From a virus (taxonomy: Duplodnaviria; Caudoviricetes): 64,000 bases of DNA. Of this stretch, positions 28,957 to 39,500 are shown in pieces. Under the pieces are notes generated by a model. It was not told the origin of the DNA and searched no databases. It worked only from the letters and a program-made list of their open reading frames with translations. The position numbers were made by a program, and so were the translations under genes. The first letter of the stretch is position 1; each line of letters begins with the position of its first letter. The stretch lies in IMG/VR virus record IMGVR_UViG_3300014206_000007, positions 128,001 through 192,000 of that record. The stretch is one strand, 5' to 3'.

Positions 28957-31896
28957 ATGGACTATAGTAATTTATCAGAAATTAAAAAATATTGGCTTGA
29001 AGAAATTGCACCAAACTATTTTGATATGGAAAATACAAATAATTACCAAGTTGGTATATTTGGCTATATAAATGAAATAATTGGAAATACTGCTGAAGAT
29101 TCATTCAATGCTATCAATATAGCAAGAAGAGAATTCTATCCAGTAACCGCTCAATATAAGCAGTCCTTATATAAAATGGCTGCAACACAAAAAATTGATT
29201 TACCATTAACAACTCCAGCATCTTCTAAAGCAATTCTAATATTCAAAGAAGATGAAATAGTGAGTAATGGTACTTATAATAATGGAGTCTATACATGTGT
29301 AATTGATAGTAGTTTACAAATTATGGCAGGAGATATTCCATTCCTTTTGGACTATCCAATAGTTATAATTTCTAAAAGAGAAGGAAATAAGTGGATACAC
29401 ACATCTCACTATCAAATTGATATAGAAAACTCTTTAAGTAATAACCCAAACCGTTATATCATGAATAAAACAATTATCCAGAGTGGGGTAAGATATGTTT
29501 TATTATCGGTATCATTAAAGCAACTTTCACTTGAATCGATGTCTCAATTGGTAGTGAAAGATAATATAGTTAATACAGTAACAATGGATTTTAGATTTAG
29601 TGGAAATTTAGCTAACTTCGAAGTTTTTTATCGTGAAGTAACTGGCTCTACTAATGATATCCAATTAAAGAAAGTTTTAAAGGGTGGCTCAGCACCACCT
29701 AATCCATTCTGTTATTATGAAATCGTCGATCCAAATATAATAAGATTGACATTTAAGAAGAATGTATATTTCAATCCTGCATTTAATTCAGAAATTATAT
29801 TAAATGCATATACATCTCTAGGAGATGCAGGAAACTTTGAAGTATTTAAAGATGCATTAACATGTACTGCAAAATCAGAAAAATACCCTTATAATAATAA
29901 GATGATTATTACTGGTAAAATTAATGGTAGTAGTAGAGGTGGAGTTAATGCTGTCGTAGATGAAGAATTTAGAAAATTAATTACTGATGCATATAGCACC
30001 AATAATACAATTACTACATCTAATGATTTACAAATTTACTTTGATAAAGTTGCCAGAATTAATCAAGATGCACAAAAAACTAAAGTTCTTTTTAGGAAGA
30101 AACGTGATGATGCATTGGTTAGATTATATGGTGCATATATTTTATTAAAAGACACATATAATAATATTGTGCCTACAAATACCGTCGACCTTAATTTATG
30201 GAAGAATGATATAAGTCCAGCTGGTCCTGACTCATCTAATCGTATATTTATAAAACCAGGAACACTTTTTGAATATGAAACAGGAGTGTTTACTGCAAAA
30301 AAGGTAAGCGATTTAACAATAGTTGATGATTTAAATGTGTATGATGATAATAGTAGATTTATTTTCTCAAATCCATTTCTTATCGCACTCACATTAGACC
30401 CTAATGTAGTTGGTTACTACTTAAACTCAATCAATTCAATTAAACCAATTGAATATAAATATGTAAATGATAATACACTAAATCAGTTTATTGGAAGTAA
30501 TCTTAAATTCTACAGAAATGCATTGATAGGAGAAAATTTCTATAAAATTTCAATGACAATTTCGCCAGCATCAGAAATTGATCCGGCTACTATTGTAACG
30601 GTTAATTCTCCAGCAGAGGTCGCTAATGTCATTAGAGCTCCAAAAAATGGAATATTATTAAATATTCAATATGAAACTGATGGAGTTTATGCTAATTTCT
30701 TATATGACGATGCAACTACTCAGAAAATTCAAGTAAATAATATCGTTAAAAAGAATATCGTTTCTGGAGCATTTGAATATGTTACTGGATATGATATCCA
30801 AATTGAAGCATCTAAAAGATTTATACAAAATGATATCCTTGCAATAAAAAAAGATACCGATCTTGGTAGAGTAAGAATTGGGTTAGACTTTAAAAATATT
30901 TTATATGACAATCTCTATTATATTCCATTTACTATTGAGAACTATGATGCCAATTTAAATAGTTATGATATTGCGGCATATATATCAACTGACGATACCC
31001 TTACTCTCGAAGCACATTTATTAATTGAACATGGGATTATTAATAACACTGGTATAGAGAATGACAATATTACAATTCCAATGAACCAATTGGATGCTGA
31101 AATACATGTCTTCTTCAATAACTATGATACTAACTATTCCCATCAATATGACGGATTTGACTATTTTAGAAGTTATACGTTAACTAATACTTATAGCCTA
31201 GATGGTACTGAAGAAAATTATAAAGTATCATTAATTCAGCAAATTGATTTTATCCGTAGCACAATGACATTTACAGATAATCTCGAAGACCCAACTAATT
31301 TTGGAATCGTGTTAAAAGAAGTACCAGTATCTAAAGCTAACTGGTGTAAATCAATATCGAATTTTAGATATCTAATCGATAATATTTATGATAACTATCT
31401 AAAATTATCAGATACATATTACACATTAGAAAATAACTATGGTATTGACTTAAAATTCTTTAATACTTACGGTAAATCAAGATTCTTTAATGTTGGTCTT
31501 AAAAATATTACTAGTGTATTGGATAGTGTCAACTGCTCATTTAGTTTTGGAGTTTACTTGACTTCATTAACCTCACCAAATGTATTTTTAACTGAATTTA
31601 GACAATTTGTAAAAGACTATATAGAATCAATTAATTCAGTGAGTGTTTCCGGACAATCATTGTATATAATGAATCTTATTACTAGTCTGAAAATGAAGTT
31701 TTCTGAAATTGGTTATATTGAATACTATGGTCTTAATAGCTATAGCCACGAAGCACAAAAAATTGAAGGATTATCGAATGCTCAAATTGTAGCTTCGGGA
31801 ATAACTGACTATATTCCTGAATTTATTAATATACATTCAGTTCAAGAAGGCGCTGAGATGGTTCCGCAAATTAATATACTATTACTTGATTCATAA
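28957..31896 (+). CDS. Baseplate wedge protein (gp6/J-like)
   Basis: TAQ...SLYKMA, YTSLG..GNF, S.GG and T.NDL motifs typical of gp6-like wedges. Confidence 0.7.
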   Translation: MDYSNLSEIKKYWLEEIAPNYFDMENTNNYQVGIFGYINEIIGNTAEDSFNAINIARREFYPVTAQYKQSLYKMAATQKIDLPLTTPASSKAILIFKEDEIVSNGTYNNGVYTCVIDSSLQIMAGDIPFLLDYPIVIISKREGNKWIHTSHYQIDIENSLSNNPNRYIMNKTIIQSGVRYVLLSVSLKQLSLESMSQLVVKDNIVNTVTMDFRFSGNLANFEVFYREVTGSTNDIQLKKVLKGGSAPPNPFCYYEIVDPNIIRLTFKKNVYFNPAFNSEIILNAYTSLGDAGNFEVFKDALTCTAKSEKYPYNNKMIITGKINGSSRGGVNAVVDEEFRKLITDAYSTNNTITTSNDLQIYFDKVARINQDAQKTKVLFRKKRDDALVRLYGAYILLKDTYNNIVPTNTVDLNLWKNDISPAGPDSSNRIFIKPGTLFEYETGVFTAKKVSDLTIVDDLNVYDDNSRFIFSNPFLIALTLDPNVVGYYLNSINSIKPIEYKYVNDNTLNQFIGSNLKFYRNALIGENFYKISMTISPASEIDPATIVTVNSPAEVANVIRAPKNGILLNIQYETDGVYANFLYDDATTQKIQVNNIVKKNIVSGAFEYVTGYDIQIEASKRFIQNDILAIKKDTDLGRVRIGLDFKNILYDNLYYIPFTIENYDANLNSYDIAAYISTDDTLTLEAHLLIEHGIINNTGIENDNITIPMNQLDAEIHVFFNNYDTNYSHQYDGFDYFRSYTLTNTYSLDGTEENYKVSLIQQIDFIRSTMTFTDNLEDPTNFGIVLKEVPVSKANWCKSISNFRYLIDNIYDNYLKLSDTYYTLENNYGIDLKFFNTYGKSRFFNVGLKNITSVLDSVNCSFSFGVYLTSLTSPNVFLTEFRQFVKDYIESINSVSVSGQSLYIMNLITSLKMKFSEIGYIEYYGLNSYSHEAQKIEGLSNAQIVASGITDYIPEFINIHSVQEGAEMVPQINILLLDS

Positions 31897-31948
31897 AATT
31901 ATTGGAGAGATAAAATTCTCTCCAATATTTACTTTATTTATATACGAA

Positions 31949-31960
31949 AACAGACTAATA
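31949..31960 (+). promoter_or_regulatory. Late-type phage promoter AACA-N6-TA
   Basis: AACA-GACTAA-TA. Confidence 0.6.
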
Positions 31961-31986
31961 AAAATAAAATATTTTAATCGAAAGGT

Positions 31987-33573
31987 GTGAAAATTTTTAT
32001 GATGATAAATAAAGCAATATTAGAAAATAAGCTCCAAGATAAATTTAATAATTTAACTCTTCATTCAATAATCAATGAAGCATTCCTTGGTGGTTTATTA
32101 TTTGGAAAGACCGAATTAACTAGAGAACAAACTCTTGACTTAAGCAAATATTCATATAAAGTTCTAGAATCTGTTGGTGGATTTAAGGCATTGGAATATG
32201 CAATGGAAAATGAAAACCAACTAGATAGATTGGTACTATTATCAAAAATTTATGATGTTTGTACTGAGTCATCTGCATCCATGGCAAAATACCATGTAAA
32301 AGCTAATGAAGCTGCTACTACTGAAAAAGGTTTACAAGAAATTGTAGATAAAGCAACTTTCACAAAAGAAGAATATGCAAAGTTTATAAAAAATGCTAAG
32401 AGTATTGATATCGACTATATCTCCAAGATAATCAAAGATAAAGTAATTAAAGTTATCAATGATGAACGTGAAGAATATGAGAAAAATGAACAGTTAGAAA
32501 AAGAAATAATCGATACTGTTAAAGATGAAAATTCTACAGAAAATGATGATGCAACATTAGAAAGCTATTTAGATATAGTATTAGATAAATCTTTTATAAG
32601 AGAACCTATATCATTATTTTCTAAACTACAAGATATTGCAATTGAGAATTTGATGCATTCAGATATGTCTCTATTGCTAAAGGCTAATACTGAGATTCCA
32701 ATGAATGTTATTAACACTGTAACATTTGAAGAATCACTGGATACATTATCAAGAAATAATGTTAAAAATCCACTTCAAGCTCTAGAAAGTGCTTGTGTAT
32801 CATTAAATAATGATAAAACTGATATAGAAAAAGCTAAAGTTTTTGAGCTATCAACTATATCATCAATCGTTATTTATACTGCATTAGAAACTTTGAATAC
32901 TTTTAATCTATATACTCCATCTAAGGATGAAATTAGAAAAGTCTTAGAATGTGAAAATTCTTATGACGAAAGTCTAGATTTATCCATCAATAATGTTAGT
33001 AATATTATTAAGAGTAAACTATCCGAAATTCAAAATAAATGTCTAGATAATAACTGCATGAATCAGAAAGAAATGATTAAAACGAATGTTGAATTAGAAA
33101 AATATCGTGAGATCATATATAAGTTTATAGAAAATGAAAAATATGCTGATGCAGTTCAGACATTATGTAATGAAATAAGTAATACAATTGAACTTATCGG
33201 AATAAAATTGAAAAAACTTGCTACTGTAAAGGTAGCTCCAACTAAATTATCATCTTTTGAGAAAAGAGAAAAAGAAACCTTTATTAGCGAATTGAATAAG
33301 ATTGCAAGACAATTGACAGCAAAACCTAATGTAGGTGAACTTAAAATAAATCTAAACCCAGAAAATGAAAATCCAGTATTCTTAAATATTGAATTTAAAG
33401 AGCCTAGTGGTGTTAAGGTTGATCAGACTAATATCCCTATTAGACATAGACCAGCATTTGGTTCTGTTATAGAATATATTAAAGAATCAGTATCAACATC
33501 CAAGCTATCAACTAATGATAACTTAAGAATTTATATCTATGATATAAATACTGGCAGTCGTACAAATTTATAA
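31987..33573 (+). CDS. Putative virion head protein with many A/S-x-E candidate protease sites
   Basis: ALE, AME, ANE, AIE and ALES motifs. Late-type promoter. Confidence 0.55.
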   Translation: MKIFMMINKAILENKLQDKFNNLTLHSIINEAFLGGLLFGKTELTREQTLDLSKYSYKVLESVGGFKALEYAMENENQLDRLVLLSKIYDVCTESSASMAKYHVKANEAATTEKGLQEIVDKATFTKEEYAKFIKNAKSIDIDYISKIIKDKVIKVINDEREEYEKNEQLEKEIIDTVKDENSTENDDATLESYLDIVLDKSFIREPISLFSKLQDIAIENLMHSDMSLLLKANTEIPMNVINTVTFEESLDTLSRNNVKNPLQALESACVSLNNDKTDIEKAKVFELSTISSIVIYTALETLNTFNLYTPSKDEIRKVLECENSYDESLDLSINNVSNIIKSKLSEIQNKCLDNNCMNQKEMIKTNVELEKYREIIYKFIENEKYADAVQTLCNEISNTIELIGIKLKKLATVKVAPTKLSSFEKREKETFISELNKIARQLTAKPNVGELKINLNPENENPVFLNIEFKEPSGVKVDQTNIPIRHRPAFGSVIEYIKESVSTSKLSTNDNLRIYIYDINTGSRTNL

Positions 33574-33577
33574 AAGA

Positions 33578-33622
33578 TAAAAAGTATATAGTAATCGAAT
33601 GATTACTATATACTTTATTTTT
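33578..33622. terminator. Bidirectional terminator
   Basis: aaagtatatagtaatc / gattactatatacttt between convergent genes. Confidence 0.85.
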
Positions 33623-33623
33623 A

Positions 33624-33854
33624 TTATTTATCTAGTTCTTTAATCATAACATCGTTTCCCATCTGGGATGTAAATATATATAAATCCATAACTCCAGAGC
33701 TTTTTATTTGCTTTTCTTTTAATTTATTAATTATATTAGAGCGTACTTCACTCTCTTTGCTATTTTCTATCATGTAAAACTTATCATCTTTTTTAGATTT
33801 CGAATATAGCTCTAATAATACTTCAGCAATTAATGATTCTTTTTGTATCGCCAT
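33624..33854 (-). CDS. Hypothetical protein
   Basis: Start moved to MAIQKES behind AAAGGGAG. Confidence 0.65.
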   Translation of the reverse strand: MAIQKESLIAEVLLELYSKSKKDDKFYMIENSKESEVRSNIINKLKEKQIKSSGVMDLYIFTSQMGNDVMIKELDK

Positions 33855-33888
33855 AAAAAAACATCTCCCTTTATATAGATTATTAAAT

Positions 33889-34518
33889 TTATGTGGCATA
33901 TTCATATTCAACAGTATCCAAAATTAGATTTTTATATGCCGTTGAATTTTCAACTTTCCGTTTATTAAATTTACAATCAAAGCCGTCTTGGTATTCTAGG
34001 AATAATTCTACTCTTGGTTTAATTGAAAAGTATTTTTCAACAGTTCCAATTTGAATGATATTATCATTAATTAATAAAATACCTTGTAGCATATCTGAAT
34101 ATGCTTTACCTAAATTATCCCAATCAGGATCTTGTATTGGACAAATAATTCCTTTTTCAGCTAAATATAGCTCTGTATTTGTCATTGATGATGGAGATAA
34201 TTGATATGTTTTAACTAATAATTTAGTTCGAGTAAATATGACTCCTAAATCGTCAATATATTCTTTTATGATTTTTTTATTTTGCTGCGCTCCTTTAACA
34301 TAAAAATGCTTTGATTTAAATTGATACCTTGGTCTTGGAGTAGGTTTAGGTATTATTGGTAAAAGTATATTAATCTTTTTCCATTCTAGTTTATTAATTC
34401 GATTTTCCTCCTCCATGATCTTATCTTTATTTAAGTTTAAGTTATTTTCCAAATAAATTAATATTTCCTCTTTTATATTTGAAAGATGTCCGAACTTTTC
34501 TTCATATTCTTTATCCAT
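33889..34518 (-). CDS. rusA: RusA-like Holliday junction resolvase
   Basis: PKPTPRPR, PDWDNLGK..SDML, NDNII and KYFSIKPRVE. Confidence 0.85.
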   Translation of the reverse strand: MDKEYEEKFGHLSNIKEEILIYLENNLNLNKDKIMEEENRINKLEWKKINILLPIIPKPTPRPRYQFKSKHFYVKGAQQNKKIIKEYIDDLGVIFTRTKLLVKTYQLSPSSMTNTELYLAEKGIICPIQDPDWDNLGKAYSDMLQGILLINDNIIQIGTVEKYFSIKPRVELFLEYQDGFDCKFNKRKVENSTAYKNLILDTVEYEYAT

Positions 34519-34528
34519 AAAAATGCTC

Positions 34529-36265
34529 CTATCGATTTTGTATTTGGAATATTTTACTTAATGCATTTGATAAGCTATCAGTAATTCCCCTAAATTCATT
34601 AGCCGGAATATCAGTAAATTTATTTTTGATGGCTGCTGTAGCAATATCAATTTTTGCATTTAAATTATTCATCTTTAAATCAACTCCACATAATGTACCT
34701 AGATATTCAACTAACGCAGTATTCTGCAATGCCAAGAATGGTTTTGCTGTTGACGATACCATTAGCTGTGAATATAATGGAGTTATATCAAAAGTTACTT
34801 CAAATTCCGTTGGAATTCCATGTACTGTCCATGATGTATTGTCTGGGCCACCTCTAACAATATTCATATTTGTGATTATTGCTAAGTCTGAATTAAACCA
34901 TCCTTTTTGGAAGGCTCTTACAATAAATGGATAGGTGTACATATTATTCGATAGTTGCTTTGGTAAGGATAAAGCTAATAAGTGCATTATTGGAACCATG
35001 CATCTTAAGAAAATAGATAATTTATTACCATATAATGATGTAAATTTCAAACTACATGACATAGATTTTGAATAATTTACACCATCAACCATTTGTGGAA
35101 ATACTAATCTTCCACCTTTAAAATAGTTTTTAGTTAAACCCATAAAACTCTTTATAAATCCATCGTTTTCTGATCCATTAAAAATTGATTGTAAATCATT
35201 TTCTAACGCTGAATCAGTTATTGAACCTATTGGTCCGCCGAATAAGAATTCAAGATTTCTGGCTACGCTATTTAAAGATGAATTGTTAATAATTTCTTCC
35301 AATTGTGATGCTGTAGTATCGGTAGATATATTTTCATTAACACTAGTACCTTGATTTGTTACAAAGAAGTGCACATATGAATTATCTCCAACAGCACTAC
35401 TTACTAATCTATCATAAGCACCTTTCATATCACCAAATACTGAATTTGAATTAGTAGCTGATGCCTTTTCAGGCTCTAACCAATAATCATAATTAAAGTT
35501 TTTAAGTTTCTGTGTTCCATATGGAATTTTCTCATCACCGATTCCCATTAATATAGCCATCATTCTACATAAGTAGTTAACTACATTCATATATTCTTTT
35601 CGGTTTTGTTTAAATTCATACAATTTACCATTTAATACGTTACTATCATTATCACTTAAAATCTTAGATTTTAATGCTGAATCTCCAGTTGTTATTCCTA
35701 ATACTCTTTCATAGAATGCATTTTTCTGGTCTTTTGAAAAACCTGGTAAATAGTTAACCGTCCCAGGGCATAATGATAGTATACTAGGATTCGATAACAT
35801 TGAATTTGCAAAAGCTCTTCCAACACCAGGTGTAATGTCATTGATATATTGAATATCGACATTCATATTAAATTGTGGTGGACATCCAAAAGCTCTTATA
35901 TATCTATAAAACAATGTTTTGTATCCTGCCGTATTGACAGTTGTTTCAACAATAGTTTTACCAGTATCATCTATTGTATCATAATTTTCACTATAATCAA
36001 TTTGATCTGGTTCTGCATATCCATATGCAGGTGGTTGAGATGTTGATGGAGGTGGAGTGCTTTCAGTAACTTTTGTTAGATAAACTCCAGAACACCACCC
36101 ATTAACGGGAGATGTAATATGTATCCATCCATTTTTCGTTTCATTATTTTCACTTCGTAATGTAGTATTATACGGGAATGCTGAACCTGCAAGTCCATAA
36201 GAAACTCCTGGTCCAGACCTTATATTTAATGCGCCACTGGCGTTTACTTTATATACAGTACTCAT
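34529..36265 (-). CDS. Baseplate/tail protein with N-terminal SH3b cell-wall-binding domain
   Basis: YKVNASGALNIRSGPG..Y...NGWIHI...GWCSG.YL (SH3b), a Pro/Thr linker, then a tail-associated domain. Lies downstream of the tape-measure gene. Confidence 0.7.
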   Translation of the reverse strand: MSTVYKVNASGALNIRSGPGVSYGLAGSAFPYNTTLRSENNETKNGWIHITSPVNGWCSGVYLTKVTESTPPPSTSQPPAYGYAEPDQIDYSENYDTIDDTGKTIVETTVNTAGYKTLFYRYIRAFGCPPQFNMNVDIQYINDITPGVGRAFANSMLSNPSILSLCPGTVNYLPGFSKDQKNAFYERVLGITTGDSALKSKILSDNDSNVLNGKLYEFKQNRKEYMNVVNYLCRMMAILMGIGDEKIPYGTQKLKNFNYDYWLEPEKASATNSNSVFGDMKGAYDRLVSSAVGDNSYVHFFVTNQGTSVNENISTDTTASQLEEIINNSSLNSVARNLEFLFGGPIGSITDSALENDLQSIFNGSENDGFIKSFMGLTKNYFKGGRLVFPQMVDGVNYSKSMSCSLKFTSLYGNKLSIFLRCMVPIMHLLALSLPKQLSNNMYTYPFIVRAFQKGWFNSDLAIITNMNIVRGGPDNTSWTVHGIPTEFEVTFDITPLYSQLMVSSTAKPFLALQNTALVEYLGTLCGVDLKMNNLNAKIDIATAAIKNKFTDIPANEFRGITDSLSNALSKIFQIQNR

Positions 36266-36367
36266 TTATTTCAACTCCTTTTTACTTAAGAATATTAATA
36301 ACTTTGTTAATGCTTATTTAGAGTATTAACAGTATCTTATTAAATTGTAAATATATATTATTTTAGT

Positions 36368-36542
36368 AAGAAATAAAATAACACCCCCCTTCACCCCTCG
36401 TAATAGGTAAAAGCAGGCGCAGTAAATAAGCCTAAACAAATTTCCGTTTGGAGTTCCTATTCTCCTCCTTACTATTATAGTCCTAATACCGATAGGTCAT
36501 AATAGATTTAAAAAGAGATTGCATATGCAATCTCTTTTTTTT
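36368..36542 (+). ncRNA. Putative sRNA with C-rich anti-Shine-Dalgarno tracts
   Basis: TATATATTAT at 36352-36361 and terminator aaaagagattgca/tgcaatctctttt plus U-tract at 36511-36542. No ORF. Stems AAUAGG/CCUAUU, AGGC/GCCU and CUAUUAU/AUAAUAG. Confidence 0.55.
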
Positions 36543-36548
36543 GTTATC

Positions 36549-39500
36549 TTATCTACCTCGTGCAATAAGTTCATGAATTTCTCTTAATGAGAACTGACTC
36601 TTATCTGAAGTTGATTGTTTATTATTAGCTATAATAATTGGTTTTGCTCCCTTAACGGATTTATTATTGTTAAATTCACCATATACAATTGGTGCTTTAT
36701 CTGGTTTATCTCTCATAAATTCAATTCCATCTTTAACTACATCAATTAAAAGATTCAATTTATCTTCAACGCCAGTAGTATTAACTGCGATATCCAACTT
36801 ATTGATTAAGTCTTCTTTTCTCAGTCTTCTACTCTGATATGCATCTCCATATAAAACATCTTCATCTTTATCCTTGACACGATTCATAGATGTTATATTG
36901 AATTTATTACTCTTATCTGCTTTAAGCAGATTTTCTTTATCTTTATCTGATATTAATGCTCCATATCCTTCGATAATAGAATTAATGTCATAATTTGCTG
37001 GGTTAATGTCTGAACCATATTTCTGATTAGCTCTTACTTCATAATGTAAATGGTTACCAGTACTTTCACCAGTCGTTCCAACATATCCTATTATTTGTCC
37101 TTTAGATACTGAGCTATTTTCTGGTATAGGTGATTTAGAATTCATATGGGCAAATAGATGATGATACCCAATATTATCTTTTATCAAAAGTTTATTACCA
37201 TAACTATTATCATAGCCATTTAAAATTACTCTTCCACTTACTGGTGTTGGTATTGGAGTTCCACCGGATGCTCCAAAATCTATTCCAGTATGTTTACTAT
37301 ATTTTCCAGTAATTGGGTGTTTCCTCATACCATAATCACTGGTTAATCTTCCTCCTAATGTCTTACTGAACCAATTTTTTATTGATGTATTAGTATTCAT
37401 CAATGGCTTAGCCTTATTGGAAATATCAGTAGGTACTTTAGTTCCAGAGGAATTAGTGTTAGTTGCTTTATTTGCTTCTCTAGACGCCAAAACCATTTGT
37501 TTAGCATCAGAATAAGAAACATTATTTAATTTCATTTGCATTTTGGCTTCTTCGATTATTGCTAGATTATCAATGATACTAGCTGCACCAGATAAATTAC
37601 CATCTGGTCCGCCTTCACCATAAGTGATTCCCATATTAAATCCAGCACTTCTTCTTGGACCATATTGCATTATATCGTATTTAGATAGATTTGATGATTC
37701 TATTATTTTATTTAACTTACTAGAATATTTACTATCTGTCGCATATCCAGCCGTTTGTAGAGCAGATGTTGCCACTCTATAATTCTTAGTACTTCTTACA
37801 GCAGAATATCTTGGACTATTCATTAATTTTGCATAGTCTAATATAGAATCCTCAATTGAATCATAATCTCTAAATTTTGCTATTGTGGAATATGTGTTGC
37901 CATATCCATCTTCTTCTTTTGTCAATTTTTCTTGAACTTTTCCAGTCCATCCTGAGCCCGCTTTGATTCCAAATATATTATTACCAATAGAACTTTTACC
38001 CCAGCCAGTTTCTAATATAGCTTGTGCAATCAATACTGATGGTAGAATGCCATATTTATCTTTAGCTTTTAATGCTCCAGGCAAAATTTTATCAATAAAT
38101 TTTGAAGAATCTTTACTGCCAGAATCATCGATTATTGCATCGATATTTATATTTCCGTCTTCGTCTATATACATCCCATTATCATTGAATATTCTAGTGT
38201 ATGTAGCTCCACCTAATAAACTATCAATCCAATGTGTTCCAATTGATCCAACTTTACTAAGAATATCAGCGAGTCCGCTTAATCCTGATAATAAACTACT
38301 CTTAGGTTTTTGAGTTGGCTCAGTAGTATTAAATTGAGCTTGATTTTCAATAACCTTTTCGTCTTTATAACTTTTAGCAGAATCCCATATTGATAATGCA
38401 GGTAATGATGGTTGGTTTGGAGTTGATTTGTTTTTATTTGGTAATTGTGCGTTAAGAAAATCCATAGTTGATGGTAATTTTGGTAGACTAGTTTTATATG
38501 GAGCGCCAGGTCCATAATTAACTTTATCTTTACTATATGACCATCCGTTAGTCATATCCTGTTGAATATTATCTGAATTATATGATTTAATTCTTCCATC
38601 AAGTGGATCTTGTATCATAACATTACCGTTTGAATCTATTCCAGTAACTGCAACTACATGACCTGCCTTTGTAAATGGCGAGTCCATTTTACCATTACTC
38701 TTTCCTGATAATATTACCGGATTTCCACTTTTTATATTTTGAATTAAATTATTTTTTGATACTTTTGATGATTGAAGTCCTAATTTCCTTGCACCCTCAG
38801 TAAATAAATCTTCTTTACTACCACCTTTAGCAATATATCCACTATCTTTTGCTAGTTTCGCAACAGTTAATGGGTCGATATCACGATTAGTTGTATTAGA
38901 TGCTACATATGATAATGCAGTAGGACCACATCCTCCAGTATTCATTGTACTTCTTTTTCCATTAGGCAATGTACCTAATGAATAGTTAGCCCATCGTGGA
39001 TCGGATTGTGAAGGTCCATAGGATATATTATCTTTCTTATTAGCCATTTGACCATTGCCATAAAGATAATCAAGTCTTCCACTTCCAATATTACCACCAG
39101 ATGGTGTTTTAAATGCTTCTTTTACCGATGATCCAAAATTCTTTAATCCGTTCCATGACTTAGTTGCCCATGATGGATTTTTCAAATCTTGGTAAGCTTT
39201 AGTCGATAAGTTTGTGCTATTAGATGAATTATAGTTTGCGGTTTCTGTATCAAGAATCTGTTGGTTAGCTTTTAATTCCTTAACCATATCAGCACTACTA
39301 ACACCGTTTATTTTTGATAACTTTTCATATACAGTAGTTGCCATATCAAGTTTCAAATCATTTTTACTAATCTCAGAAGTTACCTCAAGTAGTATATCAA
39401 ATATTGGTCCGATACCTAAACCGAGAATAGTTTTAAATGTAGATGAAATAGCAATCATTAACCAGTCAACACTGTCTTCACCAACTCCAAATAATTTATC

